Part shown: piece by piece, positions 32,994 through 41,931 of the stretch | How the letters are laid out: each line of letters opens with the position of its first letter | Position numbering within the stretch: the stretch's first letter is position 1 | From: a virus | Taxonomy: Duplodnaviria; Caudoviricetes | IMG/VR virus record: IMGVR_UViG_3300030106_005823 | Coordinates: 1 to 45,423 of that record | Reading direction: 5' to 3' (one strand) | Length of the DNA stretch: 45,423 nucleotides | Program-made: the position numbers and the translations under genes | The notes under the pieces: generated by a model | What the model saw: only the letters and a program-made list of their open reading frames with translations | Database searches by the model: none | Told to the model about the DNA's origin: nothing

Positions 32994-34928
32994 CTAGTCG
33001 TTTTTTGCCACTAACGCCTCTGCAATCACCCTGCCCTCCAGGTCTTCATACACAGACTCTGCCTCGCTCACGCTCGACAGCCTTACCGCCCCAATGTCGC
33101 CACCTTCGGGTAGCTCCACACTGACCATGCGCAACATCGTCGCCGGCAGTCGCCTGCCCTCGCGCACCTTTGCGCTGTCCAGCCAGATAAAACTGGTCAC
33201 CTCGTCGGGGAATCGCTCCATCACCTGATCGAACCTGCGCCGAGCATTGCGCGCTGCTTCTGTGTTTCCGCCCGGCAACTTCGGAACCCACGGTGCAAGG
33301 GTGAACCCCATATCAAGTGCGGTGTAGATGACAGAAGACCCACGCCACGCTGAAAGGTCACGGCGGTACCAGTCTGCCTGCGCGCTCTTCTCGCCCTTCG
33401 GCGCGTGATGAATATGAATGAGGGTGCATTCAGTCGACACCGCAATTCTCTGCAGCACGTCGTTTAGATGGTTCGACCCGGCCGCGTTGTTTTCATCCAG
33501 GCCCAAGCTCAGCGTGACGTATGGGTCAAACACCACCACCTTAATGTCGTGCCGTCGGATTAACTCAATAATCCAGTCGATATTTTCCTGGTTCTCAACC
33601 GTCTGGCCGTACTCATCCACCTCCACCAATCGAAGCGCCCCGCCGTCTTTGCCGCGCAGATAGATGCGGTTAGCCCTGGAGCTAAGCCCGTGTTCTCGCA
33701 CCGCTGCGCGCACCCGCCGCTTGATGTCGTCGGCACGGTCTTCGTTGGCAAACCACAGCACGTTCATAGGTTCACAGGTCTCAAACCCTAGTAGCTCCGT
33801 AGCCCCCGCGGCTAAGCAGACCACCATCGCCGCCATAAACCGCGTCTTGCCCACCGCTGAGTTGCCGGTAAACGACACCACCGACGATTGCGGGAGCACT
33901 CCCCGCAGCCACCACACAATGGGCTTGAGGTGCACATCGTGTATCTCGTCCAGCTCAATAACGTGCATCTCACTATAATCACGCGCTATGCCCGCCCTTG
34001 GCTTTCTAACAGGCTCTGAAGCCGAAAAGTCGACGCCGCTGAACGATAGCTCTGCAAGGCCGCTTACATCTATGTTCAACAGCGGGTCGCCAAACTTCTT
34101 GACCGCGCCATCGACCATCCGCTCGATGCCCTCAATCCGCGCTAACCAATCTTCATGCCGCGGGTGGTTCGAGGACCGCGCCACCGAATCATTCATAACG
34201 GCCGTCAGCTGCCGCACAACGTCATCTGGCTCTTGCCCATGGGTGATTGCACGAGCGCTTAACGTTCGCAGGCTGTCGTGGAAGTCCTGGGCACTGACTA
34301 GTCGCTGCACCAGAGTGGCCGTGTCGTCGCCGCTACCGGTGAACCCCGACATACCACTACCCCCCACCTCGACGTCGTCCAGCAACGCCATTGGGAACTC
34401 AGCAGCGGGGCAGGGTTCACCAGTATTGGTGTGTCGATCGTCGGGAGTTGAGTCAACATACCCGGCGCTTGGCGGCCATAAGACGTAGCCCCCCTCACCT
34501 TTAACGTCGACCCCCTCGTCTAGCTGCTGTGGCAGCCGGCAATCGGGCATCTGAAACAGATAGTGGAACCCGCCGTTTTGCGTAGTGTGAGTGCGGGTCT
34601 GCCTCAGCAAATGGTCGTTGGAGGTAAGCCACTGCAGCGCTCTACCTCCCTTGTAGGCGTCGACGTCTATGCACACGAGTCCGGTGGCGGTGCCCATCGG
34701 CACTGCTACCGAAACACCGTCGCCGGCCTCCTCAAACATCAGCTTGATTTTCTTAGCGTCAAGCGACGCAGCTTTGAATCCGCCTTGCCCCCGTCCGATC
34801 TTTTCGCCAAACAATCTCTCCAACGCTTTGTTAGACAGCGCCGGGCGTTTGGTTTTTGCATTGACGGGAAAGACAGGCACCCCGTCGCGGCGCGCGATTT
34901 GCACCGCGGTAATCGTGCTCTTAAACAT
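32994..34928 (-). CDS. Bifunctional primase-polymerase (Prim-Pol) fused to an AAA_25/RepA-like helicase
   Basis: PVFPV..K.P, GFKAAS, IDVD, T.NGG.HY.F and DVKGEGGYV motifs; Walker A GNSAVGKT, VVFDP and IHHAPK; AGGAG RBS. Confidence 0.9.
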   Translation of the reverse strand: MFKSTITAVQIARRDGVPVFPVNAKTKRPALSNKALERLFGEKIGRGQGGFKAASLDAKKIKLMFEEAGDGVSVAVPMGTATGLVCIDVDAYKGGRALQWLTSNDHLLRQTRTHTTQNGGFHYLFQMPDCRLPQQLDEGVDVKGEGGYVLWPPSAGYVDSTPDDRHTNTGEPCPAAEFPMALLDDVEVGGSGMSGFTGSGDDTATLVQRLVSAQDFHDSLRTLSARAITHGQEPDDVVRQLTAVMNDSVARSSNHPRHEDWLARIEGIERMVDGAVKKFGDPLLNIDVSGLAELSFSGVDFSASEPVRKPRAGIARDYSEMHVIELDEIHDVHLKPIVWWLRGVLPQSSVVSFTGNSAVGKTRFMAAMVVCLAAGATELLGFETCEPMNVLWFANEDRADDIKRRVRAAVREHGLSSRANRIYLRGKDGGALRLVEVDEYGQTVENQENIDWIIELIRRHDIKVVVFDPYVTLSLGLDENNAAGSNHLNDVLQRIAVSTECTLIHIHHAPKGEKSAQADWYRRDLSAWRGSSVIYTALDMGFTLAPWVPKLPGGNTEAARNARRRFDQVMERFPDEVTSFIWLDSAKVREGRRLPATMLRMVSVELPEGGDIGAVRLSSVSEAESVYEDLEGRVIAEALVAKND

Positions 34929-35004
34929 CTAGTTCTCCTGGTTAGGAGTCCGCACATTACCCCCCACCGGTAGGTTGCTGCAACTCAGTCGCTGATATAA
35001 CGTT

Positions 35005-35043
35005 GTTCCAATCGTTCTGGAACGTTCCAGCACAATTTGGAAC
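35005..35043. repeat. Nested palindrome in the divergent control region
   Basis: CTGGAACGTTCCAG (35017-35030) perfect palindrome flanked by GTTCCAA / TTGGAAC. Confidence 0.7.
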
Positions 35044-35085
35044 CCTGAACGCCAGCTAGCCACCGGTCGGACATCGAGACAGACT

Positions 35086-35322
35086 ATGCGCAGTTATTAC
35101 GTGAAGCTCAGTTACCCAAGTGTCAGTCGTAACTGGCAACGTGCTGAGCGAAGGGCAGACAAAAAGCGCGAGCGCCAAGCTGCCCGCCGGATTATTCAAG
35201 AAAACGACGGTGACCGGGAAGCGTCGTTTGACAAAGCTGCCCGCCGGATTATTCAAGAAAACGACGGTGACCGGGAAGCGTCGTTTGACAAAGAGGAAAA
35301 TATTTGTGCCCACACAGAATGA
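35086..35322 (+). CDS. Hypothetical early protein with internal 19-aa duplication
   Basis: GAGA RBS; AARRIIQENDGDREASFDK occurs twice. Confidence 0.5.
   Translation: MRSYYVKLSYPSVSRNWQRAERRADKKRERQAARRIIQENDGDREASFDKAARRIIQENDGDREASFDKEENICAHTE
35177..35293. repeat. Exact 57-bp tandem duplication
   Basis: 35177-35233 is identical to 35234-35290, plus a 3-bp partial copy. Confidence 0.95.
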
Positions 35323-35548
35323 TTTGTTGCGATTCTTTGATGAGCTAGGCGGCAGTACCGTCACTTGGGAGGTAAATAACGAAACTCAGTTGCATATGAG
35401 GATCACCAGCCCTGACGGCACGCGGCGAATTACCCGCGTACTTAACTTGGCAACGCTGATTGCTGATGGCACCAGCATTACTGCTCAACTAATGCTGCAA
35501 CTTAAAACTGCGCAGCGCGTGTTTGCCACATTAGAGGACGAACTGTGA
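35306..35548 (+). CDS. Hypothetical protein
   Basis: GAGG RBS before GTG 35306 (MPTQNDLLRFFDELGG). Confidence 0.55.
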   Translation: MPTQNDLLRFFDELGGSTVTWEVNNETQLHMRITSPDGTRRITRVLNLATLIADGTSITAQLMLQLKTAQRVFATLEDEL

Positions 35549-35796
35549 ACTCATCTGATTGTTGTTGGGAGGTTATCGAGCGTGGCATGGCAGAGGGCAC
35601 CGCATACATGATTACCCGTTGCAATTATTGCCACTACGAGACTGCGTTTAGAAACGCGCTATTCACTGCGGAGGTTAACGGCCGCTGTGTGCTCGGCGCT
35701 GAGCATCGTTGGCAATCGCAATCTGTTAATGATTTGGAGCACGATGATGATGAAATATCTGATGTTGATTGCACTACTGATTCCGTTCCCGGCTGA
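35545..35796 (+). CDS. Hypothetical Cys/His-rich protein
   Basis: GAGG RBS, GTGA overlap, CxxC motif. Confidence 0.5.
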   Translation: MNSSDCCWEVIERGMAEGTAYMITRCNYCHYETAFRNALFTAEVNGRCVLGAEHRWQSQSVNDLEHDDDEISDVDCTTDSVPG

Positions 35797-36160
35797 GGGT
35801 AAGCGGCTCAAGCATGAGGATGCGTACAACCGAGAATGGTGCGCATCAGTTGGCGGCAAGGCAGAAGTCGTAAACCCTGACAAGAGCCGCACAGATTGCC
35901 TGACTCTCGGGTATGCAATAGAAACTGATTTTGTCGACAAATTCTACGAAGCTATAGGCCAGTCTGTGCATTATTCGCGGATGCAGGAACGGCTTCCCGG
36001 CATCTACTTAGTGCTTGAAACAGAAGCCGATTGCGAGCGCCTTGTTAATGCAATGATTACGATTTGGAGGATAGGGGTGAAATTTGGCGCAGTGGGAGTT
36101 GTTCCAATCCGCGTTTGGTCAAACACCAACGACGTATGCAACAGTGGCACTAAAATGTAA
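35747..36160 (+). CDS. Exported protein with PD-(D/E)xK-like motifs
   Basis: Signal peptide MKYLMLIALLIPFPAEG; E..Y...WC...GG.AE..R.DCLT..AIE.DF..K.YEAIGQS..Y. Confidence 0.7.
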   Translation: MMKYLMLIALLIPFPAEGKRLKHEDAYNREWCASVGGKAEVVNPDKSRTDCLTLGYAIETDFVDKFYEAIGQSVHYSRMQERLPGIYLVLETEADCERLVNAMITIWRIGVKFGAVGVVPIRVWSNTNDVCNSGTKM

Positions 36161-36186
36161 TTTTTACTTAATCAGTGCCTGAGTTG

Positions 36187-36215
36187 TTGACATCAGGCAC
36201 TGACTAGTCGATACT
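36187..36215 (+). promoter_or_regulatory. Sigma70 promoter with paired operators
   Basis: TTGACA-17-GATACT; TCAGTGCCTGA (36172-36182) and TCAGGCACTGA (36193-36203) flank the -35. Confidence 0.75.
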
Positions 36216-36261
36216 TGCCTCGTAGCCGGCACCACCTGCACGGCCCAAGAGGACGACCGAC

Positions 36262-36621
36262 ATGCCCAACACCAACCACGACGGCCTTGAACTCCGTATC
36301 TGCCCTGAGTGTGGCGAGCATTTTGCAACGTCTCACCATTCCAAGCTGCATTGTTCTACCAAATGCCGCAAGGCTTGGAACAATCGCCGCATGACCCGCG
36401 GTGCTGAGCTGTACGACGCTTTCATGGCGCTCCGCTACGACCGTGGATGGGCGAAGACCGTTGGCCTGTGGCAGCTAATATGCCGGCTTGTTGCTGAGTG
36501 GCGGGCAGAAGACAACGAGAAAGGTCGCGAGTCCTACATTCGCCCTGACCGTTGGTACGAAGAGAACCGCGCATGGCTGCGCAGCGCCAACCTCGGCAAC
36601 GTCAACTGCGGGAGAAAATAA
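36262..36621 (+). CDS. Zn-finger hypothetical protein
   Basis: CPECG..F...CS.KCR..WNNRR..RGAELYD motif; GAGGA RBS. Confidence 0.75.
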   Translation: MPNTNHDGLELRICPECGEHFATSHHSKLHCSTKCRKAWNNRRMTRGAELYDAFMALRYDRGWAKTVGLWQLICRLVAEWRAEDNEKGRESYIRPDRWYEENRAWLRSANLGNVNCGRK

Positions 36622-36670
36622 TGAGTTTGGTAATGGTAAGCGTCTACATAGATACGTTCACATTCACTGA

Positions 36671-36913
36671 TTGACGACGATAAAAATGAATTTACACATC
36701 CAATGGGTATATGGTGGCGACAACGGCTACTGGCGCAGTGCAGAAGGACGCTTCGAGATTTCGCCCATTTTCATCGGACGTACAACTCCGCAGATGTACA
36801 GGGTTGAGGACAACCTGCTCAAAACCTCGACTTCGATGGATCTCTGTAGTCAGGCTAAGAAATGGGCACTCCGAACAGTGGAGAAGGAAGCGCAAGAATT
36901 CGCAGGAAAATAG
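36671..36913 (+). CDS. Hypothetical protein
   Basis: ORF in the early cluster; start uncertain. Confidence 0.5.
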   Translation: MTTIKMNLHIQWVYGGDNGYWRSAEGRFEISPIFIGRTTPQMYRVEDNLLKTSTSMDLCSQAKKWALRTVEKEAQEFAGK

Positions 36914-36951
36914 GTACACACAAACTGACCATTACCTAAGGAACTAGCAAC

Positions 36952-37212
36952 ATGAGCAAACAAGCAACATTCAGCAACGGTCAAACCGTCGTGTACAGAG
37001 GCAAGCGCCCGGTGACGGCGGCGTGGATGCTTACTGTGTCGGGTGAAGGCCGCGTCAACGAAGTCGTCACGACGGGGTTTAGCCGCGACTTGCAAGCGGC
37101 CACAAAAACAGCAACCAGTACCTCAAATTGGGAAAAACGTTGCTGGAGTGCTAATTCAAAGCGTTCTAATGGACAACGATTCATTTATCGAATTGAAACG
37201 GTAGCCATCTGA
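36952..37212 (+). CDS. Hypothetical protein
   Basis: AAGGA RBS; ATFSNGQ..YRGKRPVTAAW. Confidence 0.65.
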   Translation: MSKQATFSNGQTVVYRGKRPVTAAWMLTVSGEGRVNEVVTTGFSRDLQAATKTATSTSNWEKRCWSANSKRSNGQRFIYRIETVAI

Positions 37213-37283
37213 AATTCACCTTAACACCACACCAAAGCCCCGCTAGCCGGGGCTGAGCCAGTAGAAGCACAGGAGAACGCACC

Positions 37284-37478
37284 ATGCCAAAACGATGCCC
37301 CGCCAGCAACACCGTTTTGTGGGATATGACCTCCCACGAAGTCAGCCGCAGGCTGAACCGCCAGGAGCGGAAATGGGAGTGCAGGTGCGGGCGCACCGTG
37401 GGTCTGCAGAAGACGCCGAAATCAGGTGCAGACCTGAACGACTACATGGTTGCACGTCACAACCTCCCGAAAGACTAA
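37284..37478 (+). CDS. Hypothetical Zn-ribbon protein
   Basis: AGGAG RBS; C..S...CRCGR...H pattern. Confidence 0.6.
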   Translation: MPKRCPASNTVLWDMTSHEVSRRLNRQERKWECRCGRTVGLQKTPKSGADLNDYMVARHNLPKD

Positions 37479-37498
37479 AGCACACCAGGAGCAAAAAC

Positions 37499-37699
37499 AT
37501 GAAGAACGTATTTGGCTGGGCATACCCGGCAGGCGCGCAAAACGACCCCAACGCACCGTACAACCAGGGCGACTGCCCGTCAGATTACTGCGACGCATGT
37601 GATAGTTACGGCCATGACGACATTCAAATATACGTGCCGGTGCGGTTCGCAGAGCAGTGGTGCAAGGCTTGCATCGAAGACCACGAGAGCTATGAATAG
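37499..37699 (+). CDS. Hypothetical protein
   Basis: AGGAG RBS; YPAGA.NDPNAPYNQ motif plus two CxxC. Confidence 0.65.
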   Translation: MKNVFGWAYPAGAQNDPNAPYNQGDCPSDYCDACDSYGHDDIQIYVPVRFAEQWCKACIEDHESYE

Positions 37700-37914
37700 T
37701 GAAAAAGTTACGAGTGACGGTCGAGTACACCGACGGTACGCCCAGCAAGATGGGCAAGGACCTGGACCCGGAGCAGGTAGCTGCTGGCATTAGGTCGCTG
37801 CTCATGAAACTGTGCATGACCAAAAGTATGGCGGCCATTTACATCACCCGTGCAGATTGCCTGCAGTTTCTGTCCCGTGACGCCACCAGCAATTTGGAGG
37901 TTTCGCTCGAATAA
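37699..37914 (+). CDS. Hypothetical protein
   Basis: TAGTG coupling to the upstream ORF. Confidence 0.55.
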   Translation: MKKLRVTVEYTDGTPSKMGKDLDPEQVAAGIRSLLMKLCMTKSMAAIYITRADCLQFLSRDATSNLEVSLE

Positions 37915-37915
37915 C

Positions 37916-37944
37916 TTGCATCAGTCACTGATATATCTCATACT
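37916..37944 (+). promoter_or_regulatory. Sigma70 promoter with operator upstream of ardC
   Basis: TTGCAT-17-CATACT with TCAGTCACTGA at 37921-37931. Confidence 0.7.
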
Positions 37945-37991
37945 TGCACTTCAGCGGGCCACCTTGGCCCGCACTGAGGAGACCGACCACC

Positions 37992-38888
37992 ATGAAATTC
38001 GACATCTACCAGCATGTCACCGACACCATCATCGAGCTGCTTGAGTCCGGCACCGCACCTTGGCGTAAGCCTTGGGTTGGCGGGGGCTCCGCCTGCGAGA
38101 TGCCGCGCAACGCCACTACCGGGCGGCATTATTCTGGCGTCAATGTGCTGCTGCTGTGGGCACGCGCAGCCCGCGCCGGCTACACCACTAGCCAGTGGGC
38201 TACTTACAAACAGGCTTCTGTGGCCGGTGGTCAGGTGCGCAAAGGTGAGAAGGGCACGACTGTTGTGTTCTTCAAGTTTATTGAGGACAAGAAAGACCCG
38301 AAGAAGCGTATTCCGATGGCGCGCTCGTTCACGGTATTTAATCTGGACCAGATTGACAACCTCGACCACCTGCGCGAGCAGCCGGTTACGCCGGTTGAGC
38401 CCTCCGACTTTGCGCGCATCGCCGAAGTCGACCACTGGGTTCTGAGTCAGGGCGCAGCCATCAAGGTTAGCGACTTGGACCGCGCCTTCTATCAGCCCGG
38501 CAAAGACTTTATCCACATTCCGCGCACTGAGCAGTTCGCTTCTCAGCATGGATATTACGGCACGCTGCTGCACGAGCTGGTGCATTGGACCGGTCACGAG
38601 TCGCGCACTGACCGTCGCGACGGCATGGCGGGACGCTTCGGCGACGAGGCCTACGCGATGGAAGAGCTGGTCGCTGAGCTGGGCGCGGCGTTCCTCGGTG
38701 CGCAATTTGGCATCGACCCAAACAACACTCGCGACGGCATCGAGCAGCACGCCAGCTACATCAAAAGCTGGGTCAAGAAATTGCGCGAGGACAAGAAAGC
38801 TATTTTCACGGCGTCTAGCAAGGCGCAAGCAGCGGTTGAATGGCTACATACCAATGCCGCTGCAAACGTCGACCAGATGGCGGCCTAG
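37992..38888 (+). CDS. ardC: ArdC-like antirestriction protein (ssDNA-binding plus zincin)
   Basis: YQ.VTD.II..LE.G..PWRKPW, Y.G.N.L.L, W.TYKQ..GG.VRKGEKG, LHEL.HWTGH..R..R and YA.EELVAE.GAAFL motifs; GAGGAG RBS. Confidence 0.93.
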   Translation: MKFDIYQHVTDTIIELLESGTAPWRKPWVGGGSACEMPRNATTGRHYSGVNVLLLWARAARAGYTTSQWATYKQASVAGGQVRKGEKGTTVVFFKFIEDKKDPKKRIPMARSFTVFNLDQIDNLDHLREQPVTPVEPSDFARIAEVDHWVLSQGAAIKVSDLDRAFYQPGKDFIHIPRTEQFASQHGYYGTLLHELVHWTGHESRTDRRDGMAGRFGDEAYAMEELVAELGAAFLGAQFGIDPNNTRDGIEQHASYIKSWVKKLREDKKAIFTASSKAQAAVEWLHTNAAANVDQMAA

Positions 38889-38952
38889 AGCCACCGTCTA
38901 GTCGGTAACTGTTGCCGCCCGTCTGGGCGGCGTAATCACTCGGAGCACTACT

Positions 38953-39338
38953 ATGCAACAGCACGGACATCGACTGAACATGACACTTACTCGCAAGCAA
39001 TACCGCAAACTTGAGGACTGGCTTGAGCGCGCAAACAACAGCGTTGCGCATTACGACCTCAGGAAATTGCAGAAGAGGCCACCAATGCAATGGGGTTTCC
39101 GGTGAGCATCTCGAACATCGAAACTGCAGGTCACACGATGGGTATCCAGACAGGGTTTCAACGCGCGGGGGCTGACGGCACTACATCTGTCGGCAAATCA
39201 AACTTAACTCACAGGGTGGCTAAACTTGAGGCGCGTCTTGACCATCTAATAGCTTTGCTGGAAAAGCACGGCTACAGCCCTGGTGGTGATGAAGCTGAGG
39301 CTGCGGGTAACAATGGGGCTGACACGTTTGTCATTTGA
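38953..39338 (+). pseudogene. Probable frameshifted HTH-like gene (one-base indel near 39027-39060)
   Basis: GGAG-ATG 38953 ORF (..LTRKQYRKLEDWLER) appears to continue in the -1 frame as PQEIAEEATNAMGFPVSISNI, ending at 39338. Confidence 0.5.
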
Positions 39339-39343
39339 AAAAT

Positions 39344-39504
39344 GGATGATGCCCGCCATTATTGGGTTGCTCGTTCTTGCCAACATCGTGCAAGACCGCG
39401 TCCGGTCAAACACTGAAATGGATTTATCGATTGCCCGCGCCAATTTGGCGGAACAAAGCGCGGCGCTAGATTATTGCGAGAGGAGATTGCAGCAATATCA
39501 GTAG
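39344..39504 (+). CDS. Small membrane protein
   Basis: TM segment MMPAIIGLLVLANIV plus coiled coil; start approximate. Confidence 0.45.
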
Positions 39505-39568
39505 CTGACCTATAATACAACTCCCCGGCGTCATGCCGGGGCGCACAACACACGAGACACAAGACAAA

Positions 39569-40900
39569 ATGCTGACCCCTCTCCCCCATCAAGTTGAAGA
39601 CGCGCGCTACATGGCGTCGCGCACCGGCACCACCGGAAATTTCTCAGGCATGGGCACTGGCAAAACTGTGACCACGCTTGAGGCTTTGCGCATTGCCCGA
39701 GACACTCAGCCAGCTGTGCAGTCGCTTATCATCGCGCCGCCTATTGCGCTGCAGATGTGGGCCGACAGCGTCGAGGCTCAACTCGGCGTCACCTCCCAGA
39801 TTCTGAAGACCGGCAAGACCCGCATAGACGAGTCCGTTGCCGTCGTGGTCGTCAGTTACGCCATCGCCGCGAAGCGCCTCGACCTGCATCGCAAGTGGTT
39901 GGCCGTCATCGCCGACGAGAGCCACGCGCTCAAATCTGTCGAGTCTAAGCGTACCCGCGCAATCATTGGCAGCCGCGGCATCATCCGCGGTGCGACCTAC
40001 TTTTGGCCGTTGACCGGTACGCCCATCGTGCGTCACGCCGACGACCTGTACCCCTTTTTGGTCAACGCCGACAAGGACGGCATGCGCACGCGGTGTGGCT
40101 CGCTCGACAAAGCGCGCTTTGACCTTCAGTTCTGCATCACCCAGACCAAGCAGTACCACCCGCGGCAGAAGCCAAAGCGCGTGGTCGTCGGCTCGCGCCG
40201 CGGTGACGAGCTTCGCGACTGGGTCTACGGTACCGGCCTTGCAGTGCGCCGCACGCTGGCCGACGTCTGGGACAAAATGCCGCCGCTCAACAAGTCGACG
40301 CTGCGATGCCCGCTGACTATGACGCCAGAGCTGCGCGTCGCGCTGAAGGCTCTGGAAGGTATGCCGCTGTCGCAGGTCGAAAAGGCGCTGCAAGACGGCG
40401 ACCCGAACATGGCCGCCACGCGTCGCCTCATCGGCGAATCCAAGGTCAAGGCCGCGGCCGACTTCCTCATCGAAGAGATTGAAGCCGGCACCGGACCTAT
40501 CCTTGTCGGCCTGTGGCACCGCTCGGTCAGCAGCGCTCTGCGCGACCTGCTCACCGACAAGGGCATCAAGGTCCAGGTGCTAGACGGCTCGACCTCACTT
40601 GCTCGCAAGGGCCAGCTGCAGGACGACTTCAACGCCGGCCGCCTCGACGTGCTGCTCGGTCAAATCAGCTCGATGGGTGTCAGCCTGAACCTGCAGGCGG
40701 GCGGCAACCGTATCGTCACCGTCGAGGAAGACTGGAGTCCGACCATCATGGACCAGTTCTTTGCGCGCTTGCACCGCATGGGTCAAGAAAAGGCGGTGTT
40801 TGTGCAGCGCCTTGTCGCGGACAACAAGATTGATGCTGCCGTTGGCCGGGTCTCTGCTCGCAAGGCTCGTTTTGCTGCTGCAGTTAGCCAAGGCATGTGA
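39569..40900 (+). CDS. SNF2-family helicase
   Basis: PLPHQ, GMGTGKT, ADESH.LK, LTGTPI, G.SLNLQ and Q...RLHRMGQ motifs. Confidence 0.92.
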   Translation: MLTPLPHQVEDARYMASRTGTTGNFSGMGTGKTVTTLEALRIARDTQPAVQSLIIAPPIALQMWADSVEAQLGVTSQILKTGKTRIDESVAVVVVSYAIAAKRLDLHRKWLAVIADESHALKSVESKRTRAIIGSRGIIRGATYFWPLTGTPIVRHADDLYPFLVNADKDGMRTRCGSLDKARFDLQFCITQTKQYHPRQKPKRVVVGSRRGDELRDWVYGTGLAVRRTLADVWDKMPPLNKSTLRCPLTMTPELRVALKALEGMPLSQVEKALQDGDPNMAATRRLIGESKVKAAADFLIEEIEAGTGPILVGLWHRSVSSALRDLLTDKGIKVQVLDGSTSLARKGQLQDDFNAGRLDVLLGQISSMGVSLNLQAGGNRIVTVEEDWSPTIMDQFFARLHRMGQEKAVFVQRLVADNKIDAAVGRVSARKARFAAAVSQGM

Positions 40901-40911
40901 GGTTATCCAGT

Positions 40912-41883
40912 ATGAAAATCGACAAATTTCTAGAGCATTACGAAGACGGCCGCAGCCGGGTAGATGTAACTGTGTTTGCCACTGACCGGTCGAAGTACGT
41001 CGGCGGTAGTGAGATAGGGCAGTGCATCCGCAAGACTTGGTACGCAAAGCACCAGCCAGTGCCCGATAAAACTAACGGGTTTGCTGCGCGCGGCAAGTGG
41101 ATGGAGGGCTACGTGGTACGCACGTTGTTGGCCGCGGGTTTACCGTTGCGCAGCGCGCAAGGTGAGCAGATGGAGTTGACTGAGGGGCCATTGATGGCGA
41201 CGCCCGACGGGTACCTGGAGTTCAACGACGGTTGTCAGGTGGTCGAAATTAAGAGCGTGGACCCACGCACAAATTTTGACAACTTGCCGAAGTCTAATCA
41301 CATCAGCCAGCTTAAGCAGAGCATGACTCTGATGGCACGCAGCGGCAAAGCTGATTGCAAGAAGCACGGCGGAATTTTGCTGTACGTCGACGCCTCCGAT
41401 TACAGCCGTGTGGTTGCCAGCCCTGTCCCCTACGAAGATGTTTTTGACGCCCACAGCAAACGCGCGAATAGAATCCTGCGCGCTCGCACGCCCGCCAGAC
41501 TGGACCGCGAAGGTAGGGTGGGGGGAGAGTGCAGGGTGTGCCCCTATCGAAGCCCTTGCGGGGTGCTAGACGCACAGACTAGTCAGTCAGACCAGAAGCG
41601 CGCTAACCGCGGAAGCGTTCTTGACCGATACGTTCATGAGTACGCGAAGATTCAGACTGCTGAGAAAGCGCAAAAGGAACGCAAAGCGGAGTTAAAGAAC
41701 AGCATTCAGATGGAAATGCAGAACCGCAACTCTACGTCGCTTGTAGTCAACGGAGTGCCCGTCACGCTACAGCAGCGTAACGGCAGCAAGACTATTGACC
41801 GGAAGGCTGCGGCAGCAGCCGGCGTTGACCTTAGCCCATTTGAAAAAGTGGGCGCACCTTCAACGGTGTTAAAGGTCGGCTAA
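40912..41883 (+). CDS. Cas4-like PD-(D/E)xK exonuclease
   Basis: GGSEIGQC.RK.WY, ATPDG, VEIKS and C..CPY...C (Fe-S) motifs. Confidence 0.8.
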   Translation: MKIDKFLEHYEDGRSRVDVTVFATDRSKYVGGSEIGQCIRKTWYAKHQPVPDKTNGFAARGKWMEGYVVRTLLAAGLPLRSAQGEQMELTEGPLMATPDGYLEFNDGCQVVEIKSVDPRTNFDNLPKSNHISQLKQSMTLMARSGKADCKKHGGILLYVDASDYSRVVASPVPYEDVFDAHSKRANRILRARTPARLDREGRVGGECRVCPYRSPCGVLDAQTSQSDQKRANRGSVLDRYVHEYAKIQTAEKAQKERKAELKNSIQMEMQNRNSTSLVVNGVPVTLQQRNGSKTIDRKAAAAAGVDLSPFEKVGAPSTVLKVG

Positions 41884-41931
41884 TATCCCGCCGCCCGGCC
41901 GGTTAAGCCGGGCATCATTAGACACAACGAG

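Noticed and set aside
35120-35305. N-terminal extension of the 35120-35548 ORF through the tandem repeat
   Set aside because: A better RBS precedes GTG 35306, and the repeat reads more naturally in the 35086-35322 frame
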